This document shows, one piece after another, positions 49,586 to 58,881 of a stretch of 64,000 nt of DNA. The translations under genes were made by a program, and so were the position numbers. Source of the stretch: a virus; the IMG/VR virus record IMGVR_UViG_3300020392_000010, positions 1 through 64,000 of that record. One strand, 5' to 3'. Position 1 is the first letter of the stretch; the number at the start of each line of letters is the position of its first letter. A model generated the notes under the pieces. It saw nothing but the letters and a program-made list of their open reading frames with translations, ran no database searches and was not told the DNA's origin.

Positions 49586-50158
49586 ATGAAAAACAAAGAA
49601 CTACTTAAGGATTTAAAAGAATATGATAGATTTGGAAAAGATAAAGAAATATCTAAGGAAATATCTAAGGAAATAGGCGTTAGCGAATCAGTATTTACAT
49701 ATGGTTCTACTCCATATGAAACAGCTTTAGCATTAATAAAATCAGTTAATAAAAAACCTAGTAGATTTGTAGTTGTTGGAACAAGTATAGGTTGGATGAA
49801 TTTTTACTGGAATGAAATATATCCAAATATACCCTCTCTAGGTATAGACATACACTATGGTAGAATTGAATTTGGAAATTCTTTAATTAAAAAACATAAA
49901 CTATCTAATATAGAATTAAAAGTAGATGATTTATATAAATTTTCATTTAAAGATACTGATTTAATATGGTTAAGCAACTGCTGTTTTGATACAAATGAAA
50001 ATGCGAAAATAGTAAATGATATAATTGCAAAAAACCCTAATGTTTCTATAATTTCATATAAACCGTTTGATTCTAGCGTAAGGAGTAAAGTTACTAGACA
50101 CAGTTTAGCCGTTAGCTGGATGCCACTTCAACCCTTTTGGGTGTATGATACGAAATAA
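49586..50158 (+). CDS. Class I SAM methyltransferase, DOT1-like
   Basis: FTYGST, VVGTSIG, GIDI, DDLYKF, IWLSNCCFD. Confidence 0.55.
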   Translation: MKNKELLKDLKEYDRFGKDKEISKEISKEIGVSESVFTYGSTPYETALALIKSVNKKPSRFVVVGTSIGWMNFYWNEIYPNIPSLGIDIHYGRIEFGNSLIKKHKLSNIELKVDDLYKFSFKDTDLIWLSNCCFDTNENAKIVNDIIAKNPNVSIISYKPFDSSVRSKVTRHSLAVSWMPLQPFWVYDTK

Positions 50159-50167
50159 ATTTATAAA

Positions 50168-51136
50168 ATGAAAAAATTTGATATAGCATATGTTTCTTCA
50201 AATATTTCATTTCTATTAGACTGTTATATTAATTCTTACAAAGGTTTAAATCTTTGTATAATAGATATGAAAGATGATTTAGGTGGGGCATGGCAAATAT
50301 CAGATGCTAGAGTACATTTACAATGGGTAAGTAATGAACATAAAAAATATATTTCTGTCATTAATGAGGACTTAAAAAAAGTTGATAGTAAATTTCAAAT
50401 AAAAGGGCCGCTTAAAAATGTTAAAACAATAGAGGATAAAAAATATACAGATTATTCACTTTATCACATTAATTTGGGTTCTAATTTGTTTATAGAAGAG
50501 CTTGTTGAAAAAATTAAACGTAAAAACAATGTTGAAATAATTAAAGATAATATTAAAGAAGTTACGTTAGAGAATAATGTTTTTAATATTTTTGGTAAAG
50601 AAACTTACTTATCTAACAAATTATATTTGACTAATAATTTAAAATTAGATAAAATAGCTTTAAATAAAAAGGAATATAAATTGTATTCACAGGATAAAAA
50701 ATATAATCACCTTTTTATTGAGGTTAAATCTAAAGATATTAAACCGTTAGACATTTTAATATGTGAAGGAAATGGCTTTAAATGGGATGGTAGAGAAATG
50801 TTTAATGCTGAAAAACAAAAAATTCATAGAAATTTGAATAATTCTTTGTTCTTTATGATAAACGTAAGTGAGTTATATAAAGATTTAAAAAATACTCAAC
50901 TTTTTTCATGTCGAATAAAAAATAAAAACTTTATAGAAGATTTTAAAAATTATTTACTTTATAACAATATAACAGAAAAAGATGTGGAAATAAAAATATT
51001 AGAAGATGATGAGTATACCCAACATAGGCTCATAAATGCATACGCAATACCAAAAACCAAAAATTTAGAAATATTTACACAGATGAATTATTTTAAATAT
51101 TTAGTAAAATTAAATCAATTGAGAAATGAATATTAA
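50168..51136 (+). CDS. Degenerate FAD/Rossmann oxidoreductase-like protein
   Basis: FDIAYV...IIDMKDDLGGAW; lacks the canonical GxGxxG. Confidence 0.35.
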   Translation: MKKFDIAYVSSNISFLLDCYINSYKGLNLCIIDMKDDLGGAWQISDARVHLQWVSNEHKKYISVINEDLKKVDSKFQIKGPLKNVKTIEDKKYTDYSLYHINLGSNLFIEELVEKIKRKNNVEIIKDNIKEVTLENNVFNIFGKETYLSNKLYLTNNLKLDKIALNKKEYKLYSQDKKYNHLFIEVKSKDIKPLDILICEGNGFKWDGREMFNAEKQKIHRNLNNSLFFMINVSELYKDLKNTQLFSCRIKNKNFIEDFKNYLLYNNITEKDVEIKILEDDEYTQHRLINAYAIPKTKNLEIFTQMNYFKYLVKLNQLRNEY

Positions 51137-51758
51137 AAAAGGATACAGTATACCTAAATGTTTAGAACTAAGACAATCGCCATTGCACGGACTCGGCTGC
51201 TTTGCAATAGAATTTATTCCAGCTGGTAGTAATTTAGGTATTTGTCACTATTATGACTATAGTGAAAGACCAGTTAAACATTTAAGAAACCCCATGGTTG
51301 GTTTTTTTAATTACTCAGTCAATAAAAACGCATGGCTACCTATAGTGAAAAAAGAATTTATAAATGGAAACGGTTGGGTTACTGAACTGGTAACAACCAA
51401 AGATATAGAAAAAGGTGAAGAAATTTTATTAAGGTATAGTTGGTATGACCCTACAAAACCTGATACTAAAAAAAATAAACACTACATTCCCTTACCGGAT
51501 TGTGTTTCTATTGAAAAAAGAAATGGGGTGTATACCCTCTATGCAACTAAGGATATTATGAAAGATTTTGATTTTGGGTATTCTCATAGTTATTATGATA
51601 AATCAGATTTATATGAGCCTAATCCAATAGGAGGATATTTGCTGGAATCTACTATACCTAATTGTGATATGTTTAAAAAAGATAAAGAGCTATATTTAAA
51701 ATCAAAAAGAAATATAAAAAAAGGAGAATCAATAAGCGTAAATTATGAAGTATTATAA
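51126..51758 (+). CDS. Tandem SET-domain protein
   Basis: SPLHGLGCFA...GFFNYS...DIEKGEEILLRY and a second copy LYATKDI...PNCD...IKKGESISVNY. Confidence 0.75.
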   Translation: MNIKKGYSIPKCLELRQSPLHGLGCFAIEFIPAGSNLGICHYYDYSERPVKHLRNPMVGFFNYSVNKNAWLPIVKKEFINGNGWVTELVTTKDIEKGEEILLRYSWYDPTKPDTKKNKHYIPLPDCVSIEKRNGVYTLYATKDIMKDFDFGYSHSYYDKSDLYEPNPIGGYLLESTIPNCDMFKKDKELYLKSKRNIKKGESISVNYEVL

Positions 51759-52503
51759 TTATTTACCGCCTAGCTTAACTCAGTGGTCCCCTGAATTTGA
51801 TTGCTCGTACATTTACCCTAAGTATAAAACATATATTGAAAATAATTATATGTTAACTCTAAGGCATAAAAATAAAATAGAATGTGAAACCATGAAAAAA
51901 CTTTATAACAAATATGAAGTTAAAAAGTTTTTTGAAAAGCACGGTTTAAATATACCTACACTATATTGTTATTCTACTAAAGATTCTGATATTTCACATG
52001 CGTTAAGAGAAAAATATGTTGCTAAACCTGCTCACATGTCAGAGAATGATGGAGTTTTTATTAACGATAAAGACTTTGAAAAAGTAGATAAAAAACTTAG
52101 AGAATGTTTAAAGTCTTCACCAAGATCAACTGAACCGGAAATGATGAAACAAGCTGAAAAAGGCATGTTAGTTGAAGAGTATATTGAACATGATTATGAA
52201 TTTAAGGTATTTGTACTATATGGGTGCCCAATAGTTGGTGATTTAAGAAACGGATCAAAAGAATGGCATAGAGTAGATATGATAGATAAAAACAATAATT
52301 ATTTTAATTGGAATAAGGAATACGAAATATGTAAACATATTGCAAAAGAACTAAAAATAGATTTTTTTAGAATAGATTTTTTTTACAATAAAAAAGAGGA
52401 CAAATTTTATGCAGGGGAAATGGCATTTAGACCTTCTACGCTACTTGGTAAAGAAATAGAAAAATTTATACTCTCTAAGTGGAAAAAAATGGCTAAATAC
52501 TAA
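51745..52503 (+). CDS. ATP-grasp protein (TupA-like)
   Basis: KYEVK, VAKPAHMS, LVEEYI, EFKVF, FFRIDFF, GEMAFRP. Confidence 0.75.
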   Translation: MKYYNYLPPSLTQWSPEFDCSYIYPKYKTYIENNYMLTLRHKNKIECETMKKLYNKYEVKKFFEKHGLNIPTLYCYSTKDSDISHALREKYVAKPAHMSENDGVFINDKDFEKVDKKLRECLKSSPRSTEPEMMKQAEKGMLVEEYIEHDYEFKVFVLYGCPIVGDLRNGSKEWHRVDMIDKNNNYFNWNKEYEICKHIAKELKIDFFRIDFFYNKKEDKFYAGEMAFRPSTLLGKEIEKFILSKWKKMAKY

Positions 52504-52940
52504 GAAATTATAAGCTTTCCACAAACTATACCAAGTGCTCCAAATACTATTAGCAAAATCAAACCTAACCATGATCCTTTAGTGGCTCTTTTAGAATTCA
52601 TTGCAAATGCAAAATAATAAGAAGCCGCTACAAAAAACAAAATAATGTTTGAAAACAAATCATTTTTAGAAGGATTAGTGTATATAACTAATATAGATGC
52701 AAGAAACGCTTGAGCAAATGGAAATAACGCTGCGAGAACTATTGTGTATGGTTTTTCATAGTTTACCTTAAGCCACCTAGTAAAAATCCTGGTCCTTACC
52801 TGAAGGCCTTTTATCAGCGTTCTTCTCTTAATATTATACGATATATATGAAGCTCTAAGGTTTAAATAAAGCACAAGAGTATACGTAAATATTCCAAGAG
52901 TAGGAAGTGCAAAAATACATAGAAACATTAAAATATCCAT
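52500..52940 (-). CDS. Hypothetical membrane protein
   Basis: Four hydrophobic segments. Confidence 0.5.
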   Translation of the reverse strand: MDILMFLCIFALPTLGIFTYTLVLYLNLRASYISYNIKRRTLIKGLQVRTRIFTRWLKVNYEKPYTIVLAALFPFAQAFLASILVIYTNPSKNDLFSNIILFFVAASYYFAFAMNSKRATKGSWLGLILLIVFGALGIVCGKLIIS

Positions 52941-53051
52941 CGCTGAAATACGTTTATTCTTATATAATAATGGGCTCTCACATAATATGTGATTACGTAA
53001 TATTTTATTGTTAAATATTAAAAATAATTGTAAAATTGCACACTTAATCAG

Positions 53052-53684
53052 CTATATGCCTAATATATTTGATATGTACTCATCGGCTTGTACTTTACCC
53101 GATAATATATGATTTTTTATAATCTCATTTTGAAGAAATTGCTTATGAAATTTTAGTCTTCCTTTGTTTAATTCTCCTGGGTCAGATGTCTCTGGAATAT
53201 AATTCTTGATGTGATGGTTATTGAAATCTGTCTCTGAATACATAGACATTCCAGTTATGTAAAATGATTCAGGGTTCATGTTAATTATTTCATCTATGAT
53301 ATAAGTTCCCATTAAAGGAGCTGCCTTAATACGCTTTTTATATTTAAAAAATTCCTTATGTATTAGTCTTATTTTAAGATTAGGGTTTCTATATCTCATA
53401 TATAATTTTCTATAGTCATATTTTAAAGATAAATATTTTAAACCATTTATTCTATAGTCTTTAATAGACATATCCCCATGTATGGCAAAATGCTGATTTA
53501 CATACAAAGAATCACAACGCTTACCGTAATCTTTTTGTAATTCTTTAATTACAGGAAATGCACCGTTTGTTCTAATTACAATATCGTGAGAATCTATAAA
53601 CAGTCCTTTCTTTTTACCAATTAAAGTAACCGCGGGACCTACAAATATTACTCGCTTACCTTTAATAAAGTTACTATAATCCAC
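53052..53684 (-). CDS. GT29-like sialyltransferase
   Basis: Sialylmotif-L-like VIFVGPA...IDSHDIVIRTN...DYGKRCD. Confidence 0.7.
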   Translation of the reverse strand: MDYSNFIKGKRVIFVGPAVTLIGKKKGLFIDSHDIVIRTNGAFPVIKELQKDYGKRCDSLYVNQHFAIHGDMSIKDYRINGLKYLSLKYDYRKLYMRYRNPNLKIRLIHKEFFKYKKRIKAAPLMGTYIIDEIINMNPESFYITGMSMYSETDFNNHHIKNYIPETSDPGELNKGRLKFHKQFLQNEIIKNHILSGKVQADEYISNILGI

Positions 53685-53688
53685 TTGT

Positions 53689-54546
53689 TTATTTTCTAAG
53701 AGATTTCATTTTTTCAAGTTCTGATCCTATTACTTTTCTTGGACCATACCCTGACATAGCTTTTTCTATGTCTCTAATACCTTTTACTAGTTTTATAAGT
53801 CCGCCCGGTTCAACTGAAGCCATTTGATCAGAACCCCATAATGTTCTGTCTAATGTAATATGCCTTTCTATCCAAGTAGCACCTATTGGAATAGTAGCCA
53901 TTGTAGTGACTAATCCAAATTCATGCCCTGAATATCCAACTTCTGATTCTGTATTTTTAATAAGCCATTTTATATAGCCTAAATTAAGTTCATTTATAGG
54001 CGAAGGATATGTTGAATTGGTGTGCATTATTACTTCTGGTTTACAGGTTTTAATGCACTTTTGAACCTCTTCTTCTGTACTCATTCCGGTGCTTATTATC
54101 AAAAAATCAGACTTGTCTTTTGCATACGAACATAGGTCAATGTTTGTTATTAAAGCAGATGGAATCTTCATAATAAAACTACCATGGTTAGAATAATTAT
54201 TGTCTGTAATAAAGTCAACGGATAACTTATCCCAAACTGAAACAAACCAACCTATTTCTTTTTCTTGACAATACCTGTCTATTTCGTCAAACTCTTTCTT
54301 ACCAAATTCTATATCATGCTTATACTGAATATATGTAATTTCTTCTTCTCTCCATGGAACACGCTTAGGTTTATTTTTTTGATCATCAGGTACGCATATA
54401 TCGGGTGTTCTTTTTTGAAATTTTACCCAATTACAACCTGCTACACACGCTGCGTCTATTAGTTTTTTTGCGTTATCTAAAAACTTAGATTTATCGTTTC
54501 CATATGCATAATTTATGCCTATTTCAGCTATTATTTTTACAGCCAT
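53689..54546 (-). CDS. neuB: Nonulosonate synthase (NeuB family, no C-terminal SAF domain)
   Basis: IIAEIGIN, VKFQKR, KIPS, ISTGM, STYP, GYSGHE, IERHITLDR, GSDQ. Confidence 0.9.
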   Translation of the reverse strand: MAVKIIAEIGINYAYGNDKSKFLDNAKKLIDAACVAGCNWVKFQKRTPDICVPDDQKNKPKRVPWREEEITYIQYKHDIEFGKKEFDEIDRYCQEKEIGWFVSVWDKLSVDFITDNNYSNHGSFIMKIPSALITNIDLCSYAKDKSDFLIISTGMSTEEEVQKCIKTCKPEVIMHTNSTYPSPINELNLGYIKWLIKNTESEVGYSGHEFGLVTTMATIPIGATWIERHITLDRTLWGSDQMASVEPGGLIKLVKGIRDIEKAMSGYGPRKVIGSELEKMKSLRK

Positions 54547-54547
54547 G

Positions 54548-55183
54548 CTATTTTTTATTTTTTTTAAACTCGTTTAAATCATCTAACGTATCTACATCTA
54601 TCACTTTTTTATTTATGGGTAAAAAATAAGTATTGTTATTATATAAGTTATTATTTAAATTATTTATTACATTTGACTTAAACAAACATATATAATGACT
54701 TAATTCAAAGCATTCAGGGTAATCTTGTCTTCTATATAAATCATGATGAAAAAGTTGAGAACCTTTGTTATTTTTTTCCTCTTTTAGCATCAAAAAAGGA
54801 CTAATATCTAGTGGGTGCTTACATAATAAAGAGTCTAGATTAAGCGAGTCAAAACAAACCATAGCTGTTTGAACATCTTTCCATTTCCTAAGCGGATAGG
54901 TTAAATATAACATTAAAATCGTTTCATCTAGTATATTTAAAGTATCTATAGTATATTTCATTATATCTTTAGAAGAAGCTTTATCAGAAGACACCTCTGG
55001 TGTTCTATTTAAAACATTAAACTTATATTTAATGGCCTGTTTTTTTATATGTTCGTCATCTGTAGTTACATATGTTAAGTGCTTCATTGCTTCTGGTATA
55101 ATATTAGCAGTATATTCAAATAGTTTTCTATTTTTTAAAGGAACGCCTTTTGAACCTTTTCTAGCTGGTATAATTATTTTCAT
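54548..55183 (-). CDS. neuA: CMP-nonulosonate synthetase (NeuA family)
   Basis: IIPARKGSKGVPLKN, TYPLR, RRQD, IDVDTLDD. Confidence 0.9.
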   Translation of the reverse strand: MKIIIPARKGSKGVPLKNRKLFEYTANIIPEAMKHLTYVTTDDEHIKKQAIKYKFNVLNRTPEVSSDKASSKDIMKYTIDTLNILDETILMLYLTYPLRKWKDVQTAMVCFDSLNLDSLLCKHPLDISPFLMLKEEKNNKGSQLFHHDLYRRQDYPECFELSHYICLFKSNVINNLNNNLYNNNTYFLPINKKVIDVDTLDDLNEFKKNKK

Positions 55184-55788
55184 AAAGATTTAAATTTTTC
55201 TATTGATATTTTAGGTAATGAATCTATTTTACTATCTTGACTTAAATTATAAAAGTCTACGTTTCTTTTATTTAATTGTAACTTTAATACTCTATAGCCT
55301 TCGTTAACTTGTTTCAATTTATTCATTTGCGATAAAGGATGATCACCATCTTTTATATAAAAGTGATGAGGTGTAAAATCAACGCCTATTAACCCTATTT
55401 TTGAAAAACCCATTTTATAAGCTATGCATACGGCTACATAAGGTGAATTTAAACAGTAATCAACTTTATTATCTGAATCTAGATTGGAAAGCCTACGATT
55501 TCCTAGCTCAAAAATTATTGTTTTTTTATTATTCCAGCCTTTTACGCATGTAAATAAAGCTTTAGTAGAAGATTCAGTTATTAAATTTCTTCTATTTTGA
55601 TTAAATCTAATTGGGTGATCTGTTACTACTAAATAAGTAGGGGTAAATAGTGCTGGTACATCATTAACACCTATTGTTATAAAGTTTTTATAGTTACTTT
55701 TTATTTTATTTAAAGACACGCCGCAACCGCATACTATAACAGACTCTCCTTTATGAATATTTTTAAAGTTTGATAAAGTATTTGTCAT
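55180..55788 (-). CDS. Maf/DUF115-like sialyltransferase-fold protein
   Basis: FKNIHKGE..IVCGCGVSL, TIGVN, MGFSKIGLIGVDF; likely start at 55788. Confidence 0.65.
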   Translation of the reverse strand: MTNTLSNFKNIHKGESVIVCGCGVSLNKIKSNYKNFITIGVNDVPALFTPTYLVVTDHPIRFNQNRRNLITESSTKALFTCVKGWNNKKTIIFELGNRRLSNLDSDNKVDYCLNSPYVAVCIAYKMGFSKIGLIGVDFTPHHFYIKDGDHPLSQMNKLKQVNEGYRVLKLQLNKRNVDFYNLSQDSKIDSLPKISIEKFKSL

Positions 55789-55843
55789 TTTCGATATATA
55801 AATTAAACTACATTGTTTTATACAAAAAAACCTAATCAATGTT

Positions 55844-56788
55844 TTGAATAAAAATTATTATAAAATATTAGAAGTAGAAGAAAACGCTACTCAAAAAGAT
55901 ATAAAGGCATCATATAGAAAATTAGCTAAAAAATATCACCCCGATACAAATAAAGAAAATAAATCATATGAAGAAAAATTTAAACAAGTAGCTGAGGCAT
56001 ATGATACACTAGGAGATTCTGAAAAAAGAAAAAACTACGATGAATCTAGAAGAAATCCATATCAAAGAAATAATTTTGGAGGATTTAAACAATCCGGATT
56101 TGGATTTGAAGGAGGGTTTGGATTTGACGAATTTGTAAAAAGCGCATTTAATAGAAATAGCGCAAGAAATAATAATACCAGTAGATTAAATATAAAAGTT
56201 AAAACACAGGCTGATCTACAGGATTTAATTAATGAATCTGAAATAAAAGTTTTATTTGAGAGAAAACTTTTTGATAAATCAAAAGAAAATAAAGAAATAA
56301 AGTTTAAAATAGATTTAAGAAAAAGAAAATATGATATTAGAAAAATATCAAATGATTATGTTATAGTCATAAAACTATCGGGTTTAGGGGACGAACTAAA
56401 AGGAATACGAAATAACGCATGGGGAGGATCAGAAGAATTTCATGCAATAGGTGATCTAATAGTTGAAATAAAAATAATATCTAAAGTTGATTTTAAAATA
56501 GAAGACGGAAACATACATGAAAACATAAACATAAACCTATATGATGTGCTGTTTAATAAAGACAGGGACTACATAGTAAATTCTGCCCTTGGTAAAAAAT
56601 ATAGATTAGATATATGTAATCCAAAAAATTTAAGCTCTTTAAAATTTACTGTTAAATCTAATGGAGTAGTAGGTAATAATAATAAATTAGGAGACTATGT
56701 TGCTAACTTAATAGTTAACTCTCCAGATTTAAGTAAAATGAATAATCAAGACTTAAAAAATTTAAAGGATATTTTATCTAAAGTATAA
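55844..56788 (+). CDS. dnaJ: DnaJ-family co-chaperone
   Basis: J-domain with HPD, G/F-rich region and C-terminal domain; no Zn finger. Confidence 0.85.
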   Translation: MNKNYYKILEVEENATQKDIKASYRKLAKKYHPDTNKENKSYEEKFKQVAEAYDTLGDSEKRKNYDESRRNPYQRNNFGGFKQSGFGFEGGFGFDEFVKSAFNRNSARNNNTSRLNIKVKTQADLQDLINESEIKVLFERKLFDKSKENKEIKFKIDLRKRKYDIRKISNDYVIVIKLSGLGDELKGIRNNAWGGSEEFHAIGDLIVEIKIISKVDFKIEDGNIHENININLYDVLFNKDRDYIVNSALGKKYRLDICNPKNLSSLKFTVKSNGVVGNNNKLGDYVANLIVNSPDLSKMNNQDLKNLKDILSKV

Positions 56789-56834
56789 CTTTATACGTGT
56801 ATAGTATTTTTTTATTTTTTATACTGTTTTTCTT

Positions 56835-56842
56835 TATAAATA
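56835..56842 (+). promoter_or_regulatory. Late promoter TATAAATA
   Basis: Exact motif upstream of the protease-scaffold gene. Confidence 0.65.
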
Positions 56843-56860
56843 ATAAAAAATAGATTTTGC

Positions 56861-58864
56861 GTGAATAATTCAAGCTTAAAACCAAGTAATTTCATAGACG
56901 TTTCTGATAAAAAAGAAAATGATTTAGTATTGATCGTTGAAAACGTAGGTGAAAAACTTAATGTAAAAACCAATGAAACTAACAACACTATTTTAGAAGG
57001 TGTATGCGCAGTTTTTGGACAAAAGAATAACAATCAAAGAGTTTACGAAAAAGATGAATACTTGCCTCATCTAGAATACTTAAAGGAAAAAATTAAGACA
57101 AGGCAACTTGTTGGAGATTTAGATCATCCGCCTTCTTTTGAAGTTACTCTTAAAAGCGCTTCTCATATAATTGAAGGCTTAGACCATGATGGAGGAGATA
57201 AAGTAAACATTAAACTTAGAATTTTAGAAAACACGCCAAATGGAAAAATTGCAAAAGCATTAATAGATGGAGGAGTTAATATATCTATTTCATCGAGAGC
57301 AGCAGGTCAAGTTTTAAACGAAGGTAAAGTTAAACTTCATAGAATATTTACATACGATTTAGTTGCTGAACCGGGGTTTACAGAAGCTGTTTTAAAGAAA
57401 ACAGTTAACGAATCCTTAAAAGAAAATTTCGAAATGATAACTGAAAATTATAGTTTATTAAAAGAAAATTCTTTTATAAATAAAGAAAAGTTAGAAGATA
57501 TCTCTGAAAATTTAAATTTTTCAAATAATTATAAATTTTACAAGATAAATAACAAAAATAATAAAGAGCTGACTAATAGTTTAAGCAATCAAAATAATAA
57601 GAGCAAAATGAACGAGTATGTTAATAAAAATGATATGAATCATTATACTGAGATAGTTAAAGAGAAATTTGAATCATTACAAGCTGAAATGGACAAAATT
57701 AAGTCTGTTAATGAAGCTGATTCAAAAGAGGTGAAAACAACAGATGTTTCACCAACTTCAGGTATTGGAAAATACGTTAATTATTTAGCTGAAAAAGTAG
57801 AAAACTTAACTAAGTACACTGACTACTTGTCTGGTAAATTAAACCAATCTGTTAAGTACACTGAACATGTAGCCGAAACTACTAACAATAGTATAGAATA
57901 TCAAAACTACATTGGTGAAAAACTTAATCAGAGTTTAAATTATCAAAACTATTTAGGTGAAAACTTAAATAAAAGCATTAATTACCAAGATTATTTAAAA
58001 GAGAACTTAAATAAAAGTATTAATTATCAAACATACCTTGCTGAAGAATTAGATAAAGGCATTCAATATACTGAATATGTAGCAGAAGGTGCTAATAAAG
58101 GAATTGAATTTGCTGAATATATTGCTGAAAATGCTCAAATGAATAGAGAATACGTTGAATACGTAGCAGAAAAATCTTCAAAAGGAATTAGTTATGCTGA
58201 ATATATTGCTGAATCATTAAACTCAGGTAAATTTACTCCTAATTCTAACTTATTAAGCAATGTTAGCGGATTAAATGAAAACAAGCAAATTGAAATGATT
58301 ACTGAAGGAATAGATGCTGTAATAAACACAGTCAAAAGTGAATCAGCTAGTGCCGTACTAGAAAATAAATATCCTTTCTTAAAAGTATTATCTGAAAAGA
58401 AAAAAGAAGCATTTTATGATCTAGATACTAATACTAAACAAGCTGTTGTAGAAGCAGTTAGAGCTTCAGTATGGTTTAATGAAGCAGATGTAACTGGTAT
58501 TATTAGTGCAGTCGTAGAAAACGCTAATAAGTCTATTCCAAACCATCTTAGATATATGCCAGATGAGTATAAAGCATCTTGGGAGAAGATGAATGAAGCT
58601 GAAAAAAATCAAATTCATACTAAAACTCAACTTTATACTTTAAATACTCCTTATCAAGTTAAATCTTTCTGGGATGAAATAGATTTCAGAGGAATTAATG
58701 AAAGAATTGAAAGAGAAAAAGAAAATAGAAAATTACAACAAATCAACGAGAGCCAAAGTACAGAAGGTGCAATCCCGGTAGACAGGGTAGTTGATATGAC
58801 GAGAGGTTACTCTCAGACTTACATAGACTCTCTTATGAGAGGTGCGGAAAATCGCAACAAATAA
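56861..58864 (+). CDS. gp21: Prohead protease (gp21-like) fused to scaffold/core protein
   Basis: NNNQRVY, GDLDHP, ASH, TPNGKIAKAL, ISSRAAG, TYDLVAEPGF, followed by helical repeats; directly upstream of the MCP. Confidence 0.85.
   Translation: MNNSSLKPSNFIDVSDKKENDLVLIVENVGEKLNVKTNETNNTILEGVCAVFGQKNNNQRVYEKDEYLPHLEYLKEKIKTRQLVGDLDHPPSFEVTLKSASHIIEGLDHDGGDKVNIKLRILENTPNGKIAKALIDGGVNISISSRAAGQVLNEGKVKLHRIFTYDLVAEPGFTEAVLKKTVNESLKENFEMITENYSLLKENSFINKEKLEDISENLNFSNNYKFYKINNKNNKELTNSLSNQNNKSKMNEYVNKNDMNHYTEIVKEKFESLQAEMDKIKSVNEADSKEVKTTDVSPTSGIGKYVNYLAEKVENLTKYTDYLSGKLNQSVKYTEHVAETTNNSIEYQNYIGEKLNQSLNYQNYLGENLNKSINYQDYLKENLNKSINYQTYLAEELDKGIQYTEYVAEGANKGIEFAEYIAENAQMNREYVEYVAEKSSKGISYAEYIAESLNSGKFTPNSNLLSNVSGLNENKQIEMITEGIDAVINTVKSESASAVLENKYPFLKVLSEKKKEAFYDLDTNTKQAVVEAVRASVWFNEADVTGIISAVVENANKSIPNHLRYMPDEYKASWEKMNEAEKNQIHTKTQLYTLNTPYQVKSFWDEIDFRGINERIEREKENRKLQQINESQSTEGAIPVDRVVDMTRGYSQTYIDSLMRGAENRNK
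57773..58216 (+). repeat. About 11 tandem 14-aa (42-bp) repeats in the scaffold, consensus YxEY(I/L/V)AExxNKxI
   Basis: YVNYLAE, YTDYLSG, YTEHVAE, YQNYIGE, YQNYLGE, YQDYLKE, YQTYLAE, YTEYVAE, FAEYIAE, YVEYVAE and YAEYIAE at 14-aa spacing. Confidence 0.9.
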
Positions 58865-58881
58865 AAAAAATCAAATAGAAA

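Noticed and set aside
3945-57033. Numerous short ORFs antisense to long genes (e.g. 3945, 9741, 14843, 24570, 31333, 43345, 46746, 56812)
   Set aside because: They lie within well-supported opposite-strand genes and have the Ser/Phe/Leu-rich composition of shadow frames.
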